From an uncultured delta proteobacterium (lineage in GTDB: Bacteria; Desulfobacterota; Desulfuromonadia; Desulfuromonadales; JACZKF01): DNA of 64,000 nucleotides. The notes under the pieces were generated by a model. It saw only the letters and a program-made list of their open reading frames with translations, had not been told where the DNA came from and did not search any database. The stretch lies in NCBI GenBank assembly GCA_963816395.1, contig CAWFKQ010000007.1, positions 224,001 through 288,000 of the forward strand. Direction: 5' to 3'. Both the position numbers and the translations under genes were made by a program. Below, one piece after another: positions 54,459-64,000 of this stretch (position 1 is its first letter; each line of letters begins with the position of its first letter).

Positions 54459-55850
54459 ATGAAATATTTAAGCACCCGCGGGCGGGTTCACGGCCTTTCC
54501 TTCAAAGACGCCGTAATGATGGGGCTGGCCGATGATGGCGGCCTGCTGCTGCCGGAATCGATCCCGGCCCTGACGGCCGGGGAAGTGGAGGCTTTGGCAA
54601 AGCTGGCCTATCCCGAACTGGCCTTCCAGATTCTTTCCCTGTTTGCCGGGGATATTCCCTCGGCCGATCTCAAGGATCTGGTCGACCGTTCCTATGCCAC
54701 CTTTACCCACCCGGAAATCACCCCGCTGGTGCACAAGAACGGGCTCTACATCCTCGAGCTCTTCCATGGCCCCACCCTGGCCTTCAAGGACATCGCCCTG
54801 CAGCTTCTCGGCAATCTTTTCGAATACCTGCTGAAGGAGCGGGGAGAGAAGATGAACATCCTCGGGGCGACCTCCGGGGATACCGGCAGCGCCGCCATCT
54901 ACGGGGTGCGCGGGAAGGAAAACATCCGGATTTTCATTCTCCATCCGCACCGCCGGGTCTCGCCGATCCAGGAACTGCAGATGACCACGGTGACCGACGC
55001 CAACGTCTTCAACCTGGCCATCCGCGGCACCTTCGACGACGGCCAGCGAATCGTCAAGGAGATCTTCGGTGACCTGACCTTCAAGGCCGAACATTCGCTG
55101 GGGGCGGTCAACTCGATCAACTGGGCGCGGGTGCTGGCGCAGGTGGTCTACTATTTTTACGCCTGGGGCCGAGTGCGGCGGGCGACCGGCTGCAACGATT
55201 TCTATGTCTCGGTTCCCACCGGCAATTTCGGCGACATCTTCGCCGGCTGGGTGGCCAAGCGGATGGGGCTGCCGATCCGCCGGCTGATCCTGGCCACCAA
55301 CGAAAACAACATCCTCTCCCGTTTCGTGCGCGACGGCGACTATTCCCTCGGCGAGGTGGTGGAGACCTTCTCCCCGTCCATGGACATCCAGGTGGCAAGC
55401 AACTTCGAGCGCTACCTGTTCTACCTGCTCGATCAGGATCCGGAGAAGGTACGGCAGGTCATGGAGGACTTCCAACGGCAGGGGCAACTCTCCTTCGGCC
55501 GCCGGGAGGAGCGCGAGCGGGTGGCGAATGATTTCCTCGCTCTGACCGTCAACCGGGAGCAGACCCTGGCCACCATCCGCGACTTCCACCGGACCACCGG
55601 CTACGTTCTCGACCCGCACACCGCCGTCGGCGTCCACGCCGGCCGGGAGTTGGCCGGCGGCGAGGCGCCGGTGGTCTGTCTGGCCACCGCCCACCCGGCC
55701 AAGTTCCCCGACGCCGTGCGCCAGGCGATCGGCCGCGACCCGGAAATCCCACCTTCTCTGGACGGCATCGAAGAGCGGGAAAAGCGCTGTGAGGTGATCG
55801 AGGCGGAGGTGGAGAAGGTGAAGGAGTTTTTGGCGGGGAATGCTTTGTAA
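54459..55850 (+). CDS. thrC: Threonine synthase
   Basis: MKYLSTRG, ELFHGPTLAFKD, GATSGDTG, NSINWAR, VPTGNFG, TAHPAKF. Confidence 0.97.
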   Translation: MKYLSTRGRVHGLSFKDAVMMGLADDGGLLLPESIPALTAGEVEALAKLAYPELAFQILSLFAGDIPSADLKDLVDRSYATFTHPEITPLVHKNGLYILELFHGPTLAFKDIALQLLGNLFEYLLKERGEKMNILGATSGDTGSAAIYGVRGKENIRIFILHPHRRVSPIQELQMTTVTDANVFNLAIRGTFDDGQRIVKEIFGDLTFKAEHSLGAVNSINWARVLAQVVYYFYAWGRVRRATGCNDFYVSVPTGNFGDIFAGWVAKRMGLPIRRLILATNENNILSRFVRDGDYSLGEVVETFSPSMDIQVASNFERYLFYLLDQDPEKVRQVMEDFQRQGQLSFGRREERERVANDFLALTVNREQTLATIRDFHRTTGYVLDPHTAVGVHAGRELAGGEAPVVCLATAHPAKFPDAVRQAIGRDPEIPPSLDGIEEREKRCEVIEAEVEKVKEFLAGNAL

Positions 55851-55859
55851 GGTGCGATT

Positions 55860-55930
55860 CTGGTTACTGGCGGTCACTGGTTACTGGTTACTGGCCGTTA
55901 CAAATGACGAATGACTACTGACAAGTGACG
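55860..55930. repeat. Heptamer arrays (CTGGTTA)n and roughly inverted (ARTGACN)n
   Basis: CTGGTTA x3 plus variants, then AATGACG AATGACT ACTGACA AGTGACG. Confidence 0.75.
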
Positions 55931-55949
55931 TTTTTCACAAACTACCACC

Positions 55950-55992
55950 AGAAACAGGAAAGCCCCCGAATTCCGGGGGCTTTCCTGTTTCT
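55950..55992. terminator. Terminator hairpin between thrC and glnA
   Basis: AGAAACAGGAAAGCCCCC...GGGGGCTTTCCTGTTTCT, 18-bp stem. Confidence 0.88.
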
Positions 55993-56006
55993 ATCTCAGC
56001 TTTTAC

Positions 56007-57416
56007 TTAGCAGTCGAAATACAGCGCGAACTCGAGGGGTACCGGCCGCATGCGCACCGGGTTGACTTCGGCTTCGGTCTTGTACTCGATCCATTTCTCG
56101 ATCAGGTCCTCGGTGAAGACGTCGCCCTTGAGCAGGAAAGAGTGATCTTCGCGGAGGGCCTGCAGGGCTTCCTGCAGGGTGCCGGCGACATTCGGGATGT
56201 CCTTGAGCTCCTCGGGGGAAAGCCCGTAGATATCCTTGTCCAGCGGCTCGCCCGGATCGATCTTGTTCTCGATGCCGTCCAGGCCGGCCATCAGCATGGC
56301 GGAGAAGGCCAGGTAGCCGTTGCAGGACGGGTCGGGGGTACGGTATTCGATGCGCTTCGATTTCGGGTTGCTGGTCACCGGGATGCGGATGGAAGCGGAG
56401 CGGTTGCGGTTGGAGTAGGCCAGGTTCACCGGCGCCTCGTAGCCGGGCACCAGGCGCTTGTAGCTGTTGGTGCCGGGGTTGGTGAAGGCGCACAGGGCCT
56501 TGGCATGCTTGATGATGCCGCCGATGTAGTAGATGGCCGTCTTGGACATCCCGCCGTAGCCGTCGCCGGCGAACAGGTTCACGCCTTCCTTCCAGATCGA
56601 CTGGTGGCAGTGCATGCCGGAGCCGTTGTCGCCAAAGAGCGGTTTGGGCATGAAAGTGACGGTTTTGCCGTTGCGATAGGCGACGTTCTTGATGATGTAC
56701 TTGAACCACTGCAGCATGTCGCCCATGTGCACCAGGCTGTTGAAGCGCATGTCGATCTCACACTGGCCGCCGGTTGCGACCTCGTGGTGCGAAGCCTCGA
56801 CCCGGATGCCGACGCTCTGCAGCACCTTGACCATCTCGTTGCGCAGGTTGATCAGGGAGTCGGTCGGGGCGCAGGGGAAATAGCCTTCCTTGTGGCGGGG
56901 CTTGTAGCCGAGGTTGGGAAACTCCTCGCGGCCGCTGTTCCAGATCCCTTCGGCGGAGTCGACGGCGTAGAAGGACTCGTTGCAGGTGGAACCGTAGCGC
57001 ACATCGTCGAAGATGAAGAATTCCGGCTCGGGGCCGAAGAAGGCGGTATCACCGATGCCGGTCGACTTCAGGTACGCCTCGGCCTTGCGGGCCACGAAGC
57101 GGGGGTCGCGGGTGTAGCCTTCCTTGGTGATCGGATCGTAGATGTTGCAGATCAGGCTGAGGGTCGGCGCCTCGACAAAAGGATCGACACGGGCGGTGAC
57201 CGGATCGGGAATGATGGTCATGTCGCTGTTGTGGATCGGCTGCCAACCGCGGATGGAGGAGCCGTCAAAACCGAGCCCTTCCTCGAAGATTTCCTCCCCG
57301 AATTCACTTACCGGGGTAGTGAAATGCTGCCACACGCCAACAAAATCCAGAAACTTGTAGTCGATCATCTGAATGTTGTTGTCCTGCACGAATTTGACGA
57401 CTTCTTTCGGTGTCAT
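56007..57416 (-). CDS. glnA: Glutamine synthetase type I
   Basis: [46 protein letters not shown] adenylylation site. Confidence 0.98.
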   Translation of the reverse strand: MTPKEVVKFVQDNNIQMIDYKFLDFVGVWQHFTTPVSEFGEEIFEEGLGFDGSSIRGWQPIHNSDMTIIPDPVTARVDPFVEAPTLSLICNIYDPITKEGYTRDPRFVARKAEAYLKSTGIGDTAFFGPEPEFFIFDDVRYGSTCNESFYAVDSAEGIWNSGREEFPNLGYKPRHKEGYFPCAPTDSLINLRNEMVKVLQSVGIRVEASHHEVATGGQCEIDMRFNSLVHMGDMLQWFKYIIKNVAYRNGKTVTFMPKPLFGDNGSGMHCHQSIWKEGVNLFAGDGYGGMSKTAIYYIGGIIKHAKALCAFTNPGTNSYKRLVPGYEAPVNLAYSNRNRSASIRIPVTSNPKSKRIEYRTPDPSCNGYLAFSAMLMAGLDGIENKIDPGEPLDKDIYGLSPEELKDIPNVAGTLQEALQALREDHSFLLKGDVFTEDLIEKWIEYKTEAEVNPVRMRPVPLEFALYFDC

Positions 57417-57563
57417 GCATCTTTCTCCTTCGGAAAGAATTTTTGCCGCCCCAGGCGGGCGAGCAATCTCCAGAAACTGAGGGCCTATTTATCTCCGCCT
57501 CTTCGGTGTATTCGGATCAATTTGGCAATTTTTTATACGACACATTCAAGTGGAGCCGGACGG

Positions 57564-57703
57564 GTTTCCGATCCGGAAACGAGGGATTTTTCGTCGTGGC
57601 AAGGAAATCAAGGGATTGCGCGGAGGCGTACATCGGTACGCCGCACAAGCAAACCCGTAGATTGACGCCGCTACGGCGGAAAAGGACCGTTTCCGGGCGG
57701 AAA

Positions 57704-57704
<1 letters not shown>
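57564..57704 (+). mobile_element. MITE/REP-like palindromic element between glnB and glnA
   Basis: Near-perfect terminal inverted repeats GTTTCCGATCCGGAAACG / CGTTTCCGGGCGGAAAC; inner GGCGTAC-atcg-GTACGCC hairpin; second copy at 44491. Confidence 0.8.
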
Positions 57705-58171
<467 letters not shown>

Positions 58172-58277
58172 TTAAAAAGAATCTTGAACTCCATGGCAAC
58201 TGGCTGAAATAATGGCGACTTTCTGCGGACAAGGGGAAATTTACGGCAAAAAGTGGAGTTGAGAAAAACCCATACTG

Positions 58278-58931
58278 CTATTTTATTCGGCAGGGGCCAC
58301 GGCCCCTGCCCAGATCTTGGGCAGCCCCGACCCCCGCCTGATCAGCCGACAGGTCTCGCAGCAGGTCGGGGAAGGAATCGCCGGCGCACAGCCCGAGCCG
58401 CTCTCCAGCAGCGGCGGGATAGCGGCTGTTCCAACGGCACCAGAGCCCCCATTCCTCCTCGAAATTGGGCGTAAAAATACCGCTTCCCAACGCCATCTCG
58501 ATCTCCCCGGCATCCCAATAGCGGATTTCTTCGATTTCTTCCGGAGGAAATTGAAAGACGCCATCATGACGGGCGAAATAAGTGGCCACGTTCTCCGACT
58601 CGATCTCGTTGCGAATCTTCGAATGATAAAGGAAGGTCAAAGGCACGCCGTCGATCCCCAATTCCTCCCGCATCTCGCGGTAGGCCGCGTCCAGGTAGCT
58701 CTCCCCCGGCTCCAGATGGCCACCGACGCTGGTGTCCCAGCGCCCAGGCTGAATATCCTTATGGCGGGAGCGCTTCTGCAGTAGCAGCTGGTTGCGGTGG
58801 TTGAACACCAGGACATGGGAAACCCGGTGAATCAGCGCCGGATTGCCATGACAGTCAGCGCGCGGCGCCCGCCCGATCACCCGGTCATCCTCATCGACGA
58901 TATCGAAAATTTCGATTTTCTTCCCACTCAT
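58278..58931 (-). CDS. Nudix hydrolase (IPP-isomerase-like)
   Basis: LLLQKRS..K...PGRWD, GGHLEPGESYLDAAYREMREELG Nudix box. Confidence 0.9.
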   Translation of the reverse strand: MSGKKIEIFDIVDEDDRVIGRAPRADCHGNPALIHRVSHVLVFNHRNQLLLQKRSRHKDIQPGRWDTSVGGHLEPGESYLDAAYREMREELGIDGVPLTFLYHSKIRNEIESENVATYFARHDGVFQFPPEEIEEIRYWDAGEIEMALGSGIFTPNFEEEWGLWCRWNSRYPAAAGERLGLCAGDSFPDLLRDLSADQAGVGAAQDLGRGRGPCRIK

Positions 58932-58993
58932 CCAAAAACCTCGGAACAGCCCCTAAGCATACGTAAAACCGGATTAAGGAGCAATGAAAAAAA

Positions 58994-59158
58994 GAGGCCT
59001 GCGGCCTCAGGCTGGAGGCCTGCGGCCTCAGGCTGAAGGCACGAGGCTAGGGGCTAGAGGTGAAGACAAGAGGCCAACGGCAAACCTTGAACCTTGCTTG
59101 AACCTTGAAACTTGAACTTGACCTTCCCTCTAGCCTCGCGCCTCTAGCCTCTAGCCTG
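58994..59158. repeat. Composite heptamer locus: 21-bp duplication plus GGCTAG arm, AACCTTG core, CTAGCCT arm
   Basis: GAGGCCTGCGGCCTCAGGCTG x2, AGGCTAG GGGCTAG AGGTGAA; about five AACCTTG-like units; CCTCTAG CCTCGCG CCTCTAG CCTCTAG. Confidence 0.9.
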
Positions 59159-59173
59159 ACGTGTAGCCTCCGG

Positions 59174-60665
59174 CTAAACATCAATCTGCGCCCTCTGCAG
59201 CCGGCCGCTGTAATCGCGGAAGATGGTCTTGATGCGGGTGAAGAAGTCGATCGCGCCCATGCGGCCGCCGCATTCGGGGTGGCCGGAGCCGGAGTGCCGA
59301 TAGCCGCCGAAGGGCAGCTGGATCTCGGCGCCGATGGTGCTCGCATTGATGTACACCAGGCCGGTGTCGAGTTCCTTCTCGGCCCGCGCCGCCAGGTTGA
59401 CGTCGCGGGTAAAAATGGCGGAAGAGAGGCCGTAGCGGGTGCGGTTGACGATCCGCACCCCGTCTTCGAAGGAGGAACAGCGCAGCACCGCCACCACCGG
59501 GCCGAAGATTTCCTCCTGGGCGATGCGCATCTCCGGCCGCACCTCGGCGAAGACGGTCGGCTCGACAAACCAGCCGTCGGCCAGCGTTCCGTCGGTCGCC
59601 CTTTCGCCGCCGGTGTGCAGGTGGGCGCCTTCCTCCTGGCCGATGCGGATATAGTTGAGGATCTTGTCCACCGCCTTGCGGTTGATCACCGGGCCGACTT
59701 CCGTCTCCTGCTTCAGTCCGTCGCCGAGGCGCAGGCGGCGGGCGGCGCCGGTCAGCATCTCCAGGAAACGGTCGTGGACCTGCTCGTGGACAATGAGCCG
59801 GCTGGCGGCGGTGCAGCGCTGGCCGGCCGTGCCAAAGCCGCCCCAGAGGGCTCCCTCCAGGGCCAGTTGCAGATCGGCGTCGGGCATGATCAGGATGGCA
59901 TTCTTCCCCCCCATTTCCACGGCGATCGGCCGGTGCAGGGCCGCCGCCTGCTTCTCCAGCGCTTCCCCCACCGCCGAGGAGCCGGTGAAGGAGATCCCAT
60001 CCACCTGCGGATGCAGGGCCAGCGCCTCCCCTGCCCGTCTCCCCGTCCCCCAGCACCAGGTTCAGCACCCCCGGCGGCAGTCCGGCCTCCTGCAGAATTT
60101 CCACCAGGCGAACGGCGCATTGGGGGGTGTCGGAGGACGGCTTGAAAACCGCGGTGTTGCCGCAGATCAGGGCGGAGAAAATCTTCCAGGCCGGGATAGC
60201 GACCGGGAAATTCCACGGGGTGATCAGGGCGAAGACCCCGTGCGGCACACGGATTGATTTGGCGTCCTTATCCACGGACTCCGAGGGGACCACCTCGCTC
60301 ACCAGGCGCCGCCCTTCCCCGGCCATGTAATAAGCCAGGTCGATCGCCTCCTGGATATCCCCCAACCCCTCCGGCAGGACCTTGCCCATCTCCCGGGTAA
60401 CCAGCCGGCCCAGCTCCTCCTTGCGGGCGCGCAGCAACTCCGCCGCCCGGAAGAGGATTTCCCCCCGGCGCGGCGGCGGCAGGCTCCGCCACTTCGGAAA
60501 GGCCTCCCGCGCCGCCGCCACCGCCCGATCGACATCCTGCTGCCCGGAGCGCGGAAAGCGCGCCACCACTTCCGAGATCCTGGCCGGGTTGATACTCTCG
60601 CCGTATTCCCCGGTTGCCGGCGCCACCCATTCCCCGCCGATAAAGTTTTTCAGCTTCGCTGTCAT
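59174..60665 (-). CDS. Aldehyde dehydrogenase family protein, frameshift near 60035
   Basis: ITPWNFP, FTGS, EMGGKN, GQRCTA, EEIFGPV, PFGG. Confidence 0.95.
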
Positions 60666-60767
60666 CGTTCAGGAATCCTTTCCTTTTGCGGCAACTTCCC
60701 GCCCTCTGAATATGCTTCAAGATTATCAGGGGCCACTCGATAATCCAGAGGGATTAACCTGTTTCGA

Positions 60768-62189
60768 TTAACGCAGGTAGGCGCCCCCTCCTGTGGATGG
60801 GAGGGGGCAATGGGTTGGGAGCCGGGTCGGCTTTAAAGAAGGGTCAATCAGGCATATTTCTGGTGCAGATCGAGGAGTTGCAGGATTCGTCAGATTCGGT
60901 TTTTCCGCCGGGAAGGAACAGGTTCCCCAGGCGGCATCAATGGCGGTCCGGGAAAGGACCGCGGATTGCCGGCGATAGGCTGCGCGCTCGAGGATCTTCT
61001 CGATGATGTCACCGGCGTGACAGGCCTCGGGAGGGATTCCCAGGGGCCGGTAATACTGGTTGATCAGATAGGACAAGGCGGCCGGGTCGTACTGGAGTGC
61101 GCGCCGCTGACAGGCCTCCTGGAAAATCCGTTCGAATTCCTTTTCCGTCGGCCGTCCGATGCGAATCCGGTAGCGGATCCGGCGCAAGGCGGCATCGTCG
61201 AGCAGGGCACGCGGCTCGTAATTAGTAGCGAAGATGACCAGCTGGTCAAAGGGAAGATCGAACTTCATTCCGTTCTGCAGGCAGAGAAAATCGATACGGC
61301 GGTCCAGAGAAACGATCCAGCGATTCACGATAGCCTGCGGCTCGACGGCCTGCCGGCCGAAATCATCGACAATGAAAAGGCCATGGTTGGCCTTCACCTG
61401 CAGCGGAGCCTCATAAATTCTGGCGACGGGGTTAAAACCGATTTCCAGCATGTGCAGGGTAAATTCACCACCGACCTTGATCACCGGACGCCTGACCGGC
61501 ACCCAGCGCCCATCCACCTTTTGTTCCGCGGCAACCCGCTGATGGTTGACCGGATCGAAAACGGTCATGATCTGCCCGCCGACCAGCAGAGCATGGGGAA
61601 TATAGACGACGTCGGGAAGCATGCCGCCGACGGTCTCGGCGATGGTGGTCTTGCCGTTGCCAGAGGGCCCGTAAAGAAAAACCGGCTGGCCGGCGGCGAT
61701 GGCCGGTCCCAACCGCTCGAGCACCTCCTCATCCAGGACCAGACCGGCAAAGGCGTCCCTTACCAGCTCCTCGTCTATGGGCATGCGGCGGAGGCTTTGT
61801 TCAGCGGCCTGCCGGCGATAGTCCTCAAGGGTCACCGGCGCCGGGCCGGCATATCTGCAGACCTCCAGCAAATCGCCTCCCCGGCTCCGCCCCCGGTCGG
61901 TGATGGAAAAACGGAAGGTGGTTTTATGATAGTCGAGGGTTCCCTTGACTTCCACCCATCGCTCCCGCCGCAGGGCCTCAACGGCCTGGTCCACCACCGC
62001 CAGCGGCAGGCCCGTGCTGGCGACCACCTGGGGCAGGGTAAACTCCCCCACCGGCAGGACCTGTTTGAGGATGAGATCGGCAAGAAACGGCAGGTCCAGT
62101 CCCGTTTCCTCGATACTTCTCGGAACAGCCGGCCCAGCGATCGGGCCCGCATCAGAGGACTTTTCGCGCTTTAATACCTGCCCTGCCAT
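60768..62189 (-). CDS. Uncharacterised AAA+ ATPase with N-terminal winged-helix-like region
   Basis: P.SIEETGL N-terminus, Walker A GPSGNGKT, Walker B FIVDD, FATN, LRRI. Confidence 0.85.
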   Translation of the reverse strand: MAGQVLKREKSSDAGPIAGPAVPRSIEETGLDLPFLADLILKQVLPVGEFTLPQVVASTGLPLAVVDQAVEALRRERWVEVKGTLDYHKTTFRFSITDRGRSRGGDLLEVCRYAGPAPVTLEDYRRQAAEQSLRRMPIDEELVRDAFAGLVLDEEVLERLGPAIAAGQPVFLYGPSGNGKTTIAETVGGMLPDVVYIPHALLVGGQIMTVFDPVNHQRVAAEQKVDGRWVPVRRPVIKVGGEFTLHMLEIGFNPVARIYEAPLQVKANHGLFIVDDFGRQAVEPQAIVNRWIVSLDRRIDFLCLQNGMKFDLPFDQLVIFATNYEPRALLDDAALRRIRYRIRIGRPTEKEFERIFQEACQRRALQYDPAALSYLINQYYRPLGIPPEACHAGDIIEKILERAAYRRQSAVLSRTAIDAAWGTCSFPAEKPNLTNPATPRSAPEICLIDPSLKPTRLPTHCPLPSTGGGAYLR

Positions 62190-62372
62190 GGCCACCTCCA
62201 GGGGAAGAGAGAGAAGGATAGAATCCAATCAATATAATTAAATTTAATTTTACACTCCTAACACCAAAGTTGCAAACATTCCCGTTTGCATTCCTGCTTG
62301 GACCGGCATTGCCCTGCCGGCCGGAGTACAGCGCAGAAATGCCTTGTAAGGAAGCCGAAGCCGGGAATAAGA

Positions 62373-62523
62373 TTGATGCCGTCGCAATAACTCACCAACT
62401 GCTGCGTTGCTGCAATTGCTCTCGCTGCTTCGACGTACGCATCATTGCTCGACAATTGCGCGCCTTGCATTTGGCGCTTTTTGCTTAGCCATCCGCATCT
62501 TGGCTTTCTTGCGAAAGCATCAG
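62373..62523 (-). mobile_element. MITE-like element of a second terminal-repeat type
   Basis: Imperfect TIRs TTGATGCCGTCGCAA / TTGCGAAAGCATCAG; minus-strand core GCAAGG..GATGCGTACGTC..AACGCAGC. Confidence 0.6.
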
Positions 62524-62564
62524 AATTGCGCGGTCGTTTTCATCCGCTTCCCGAGGAGCCGTCC

Positions 62565-63360
62565 ATGCCCGAGATCCACCCCGCCGCTTTTGTTGATCCC
62601 TCTGCCCACCTTGCCGAGGATGTCGTTGTCGGACCGAATGCGTTCATCGACGCCGAGGTGACCGTCGGCCGCGGCACCCGGATTCTGCATGGCGCCCATA
62701 TTGGCCGCTGGACCCTGATCGGCGAGAACAATATCATCCATCCGCTGGCGGTGGTCGGCCACGAACCGCAGGATCTCGGCTACCACGGCGAGGAAAGCCT
62801 GGACGGTGATCGGCGACGGCAACGTGATCCGCGAGGGATGCACCATCCACCGGGGGTTTCGCCCGGGAACGACCACCACCGTCGGCAACAATAATTTCTT
62901 CATGGTCAACAGCCATGTCGCCCATAACTGTGTCATCGGGGATCATGTGATCCTGGTTAACGGAGCCCTGTTGGCCGGGCATGTAGAGGTTGGCGATCGG
63001 GCCATCATCTCCGGCAACTGCATGGTCCACCAGTTCGTGCGCATCGGCGCCTTCGCCATGATGCGCGGCGGCTCCGGCGCCATCAAGGACGTCCCCCCCT
63101 TCTGCATCAATGACGGCATGAGCCGCCTGCGCGCCATCAACGTCGTCGGCCTGCGCCGCAACGGCTTCGACCCCCGCCGCATCCGGGCGATCAAGGAGGC
63201 CTTTAAGCTGCTTTTCCGCTCCGGGCTGCGGCTGCAGGAGGCGATGGCCCGGGTGGAGACCGAATTCGATACAACCGACGATGTCCGGCGGATGCTCGAC
63301 TTTATCCGCGCCAGCAAACGCGGCGTGGGGAGCGGGCGGGGAGTTGCGGCGGGGGAATAG
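62565..63360 (+). CDS. lpxA: Acyl-ACP:UDP-GlcNAc O-acyltransferase, frameshift near 62795
   Basis: IHP.A.VD hexapeptide repeats, PQDL, IRE..TIHRG, HVAHNC, HQF, DVPP, N..GLRR.GF. Confidence 0.92.
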
Positions 63361-63429
63361 CTGTTGGGAGCGCCTGCCTCTGTGGGGTGAGGGGCGCAGC
63401 GCACGACGGCTCCTCCATTCTTTCGCACT

Positions 63430-63464
63430 TTGCAACCCCCCATTCTGATGGTATTGTAAACCAT
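63430..63464 (+). promoter_or_regulatory. Promoter with overlapping palindromic operator
   Basis: TTGCAA..TGgTATTGT (extended -10); ATGGT-N7-ACCAT overlaps it. Confidence 0.55.
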
Positions 63465-63749
63465 ATGGCAGCCAAGCTCCTTCAACGCTCCCGTTTTATC
63501 TATGCCGATGGAGCTCTGCGCGAAATGGTTCTTTGGGAGATACCACGCACGTCACATCACCCTTTTGGCCTGAAGTACCGCCTCTATTATGGAAATGCTG
63601 AAGGCAGAAGCGTTATCCGTTACGATAACGAACGCGGCAAGGGCGATCATCGCCATCACGGCGATATGGAAGAACAGTACACATTCCATGATGTAGAGAC
63701 TCTGGTTGCCGACTTTCTGAACGACATCCGAACGCTTCGCGGAGAATGA
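63465..63749 (+). CDS. DUF6516 (TumE-like) putative toxin
   Basis: EMVLW.IP, KYRLYYG, RYDNERGKGDHRH, L..DF..DI motifs. Confidence 0.82.
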   Translation: MAAKLLQRSRFIYADGALREMVLWEIPRTSHHPFGLKYRLYYGNAEGRSVIRYDNERGKGDHRHHGDMEEQYTFHDVETLVADFLNDIRTLRGE

Positions 63750-64000
63750 TCATGAAAGACAGAAAAATCAGCATCGGAATTAAAGGGGCAGATGAATCGG
63801 CCCAGGAGTTCGTCAAAGCATGGCGCCGCGCCGAGACCGGCCAAGCCGCCGAGGAGCCTGTGGAACGCCTTTACTTCCAGGATCTGGGCACCTTGCTGCA
63901 AGTTCTCACCCCGCGCCGTCTCGAGTTGCTCAGGGAACTTCATCACGCCGGGCCGACCAGTGTCCGCGCCCTCGCCAGGCTTTTGCGGCGCGATTACAAA
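63746..64000 (+). CDS. HVO_A0114-like HTH protein, putative antitoxin (partial)
   Basis: ATGA overlap; MIMKDRKISIGI...LYF...VLTPRRLELLREL...SVRALARLLRRDYK, runs off the window. Confidence 0.8.
   Translation, partial: MIMKDRKISIGIKGADESAQEFVKAWRRAETGQAAEEPVERLYFQDLGTLLQVLTPRRLELLRELHHAGPTSVRALARLLRRDYK

Noticed and set aside
58994..59035. 21-bp direct repeat as a possible CRISPR array
   Set aside because: Two adjacent copies with no spacer, made of three heptamer units; no cas genes
62240..62345. Cyclic-dinucleotide (GEMM) riboswitch upstream of the AAA ATPase
   Set aside because: GCAAAC..GTTTGC hairpin is present but the two-stem GEMM consensus is not

Overview
GC-rich bacterial chromosomal window. 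Gene content and order point to a Desulfuromonadales (Desulfuromonas/Geobacter-like) deltaproteobacterium; this is an inference. Most of it is core genome: end of typA; rimP-nusA-ylxR/Q-infB-DUF503-rbfA-nrnA-truB-rpsO-pnp-M16 peptidase-dut; rlmD, trmJ, rsmE, holC; a 4-subunit 2-oxoacid:ferredoxin oxidoreductase; apgM, xerD, glnD, amidase, mutS; CDF transporter; MCP; HIT-lapA-exbBD-ROK; maeB, thrC, glnB-glnA; Nudix, ALDH, AAA ATPase, an orphan lpxA and a DUF6516/HTH toxin-antitoxin-like pair at the right edge. About 15 genes, including infB, pnp and mutS, carry single-base frameshifts that are best explained as uncorrected long-read indels. An accessory stress/repair block spans about 1.6-11.8 kb. 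Its most notable part is a Ku gene with no ligD in the window, translationally coupled (TGATG) to a ~400-aa BRCT + MerR-like HTH + TPR protein and preceded by an internally deleted Fpg/Nei remnant that the ORF track misses. Other signals the ORF track does not explain: a standalone 56-aa zinc-ribbon microprotein gene, about ten intergenic hepta-/octanucleotide arrays (several arranged as inverted arms), and three MITE-like structured elements sharing a GCAAGG...GCGTAC core. No tRNA, rRNA, CRISPR array or transposase was recognised.
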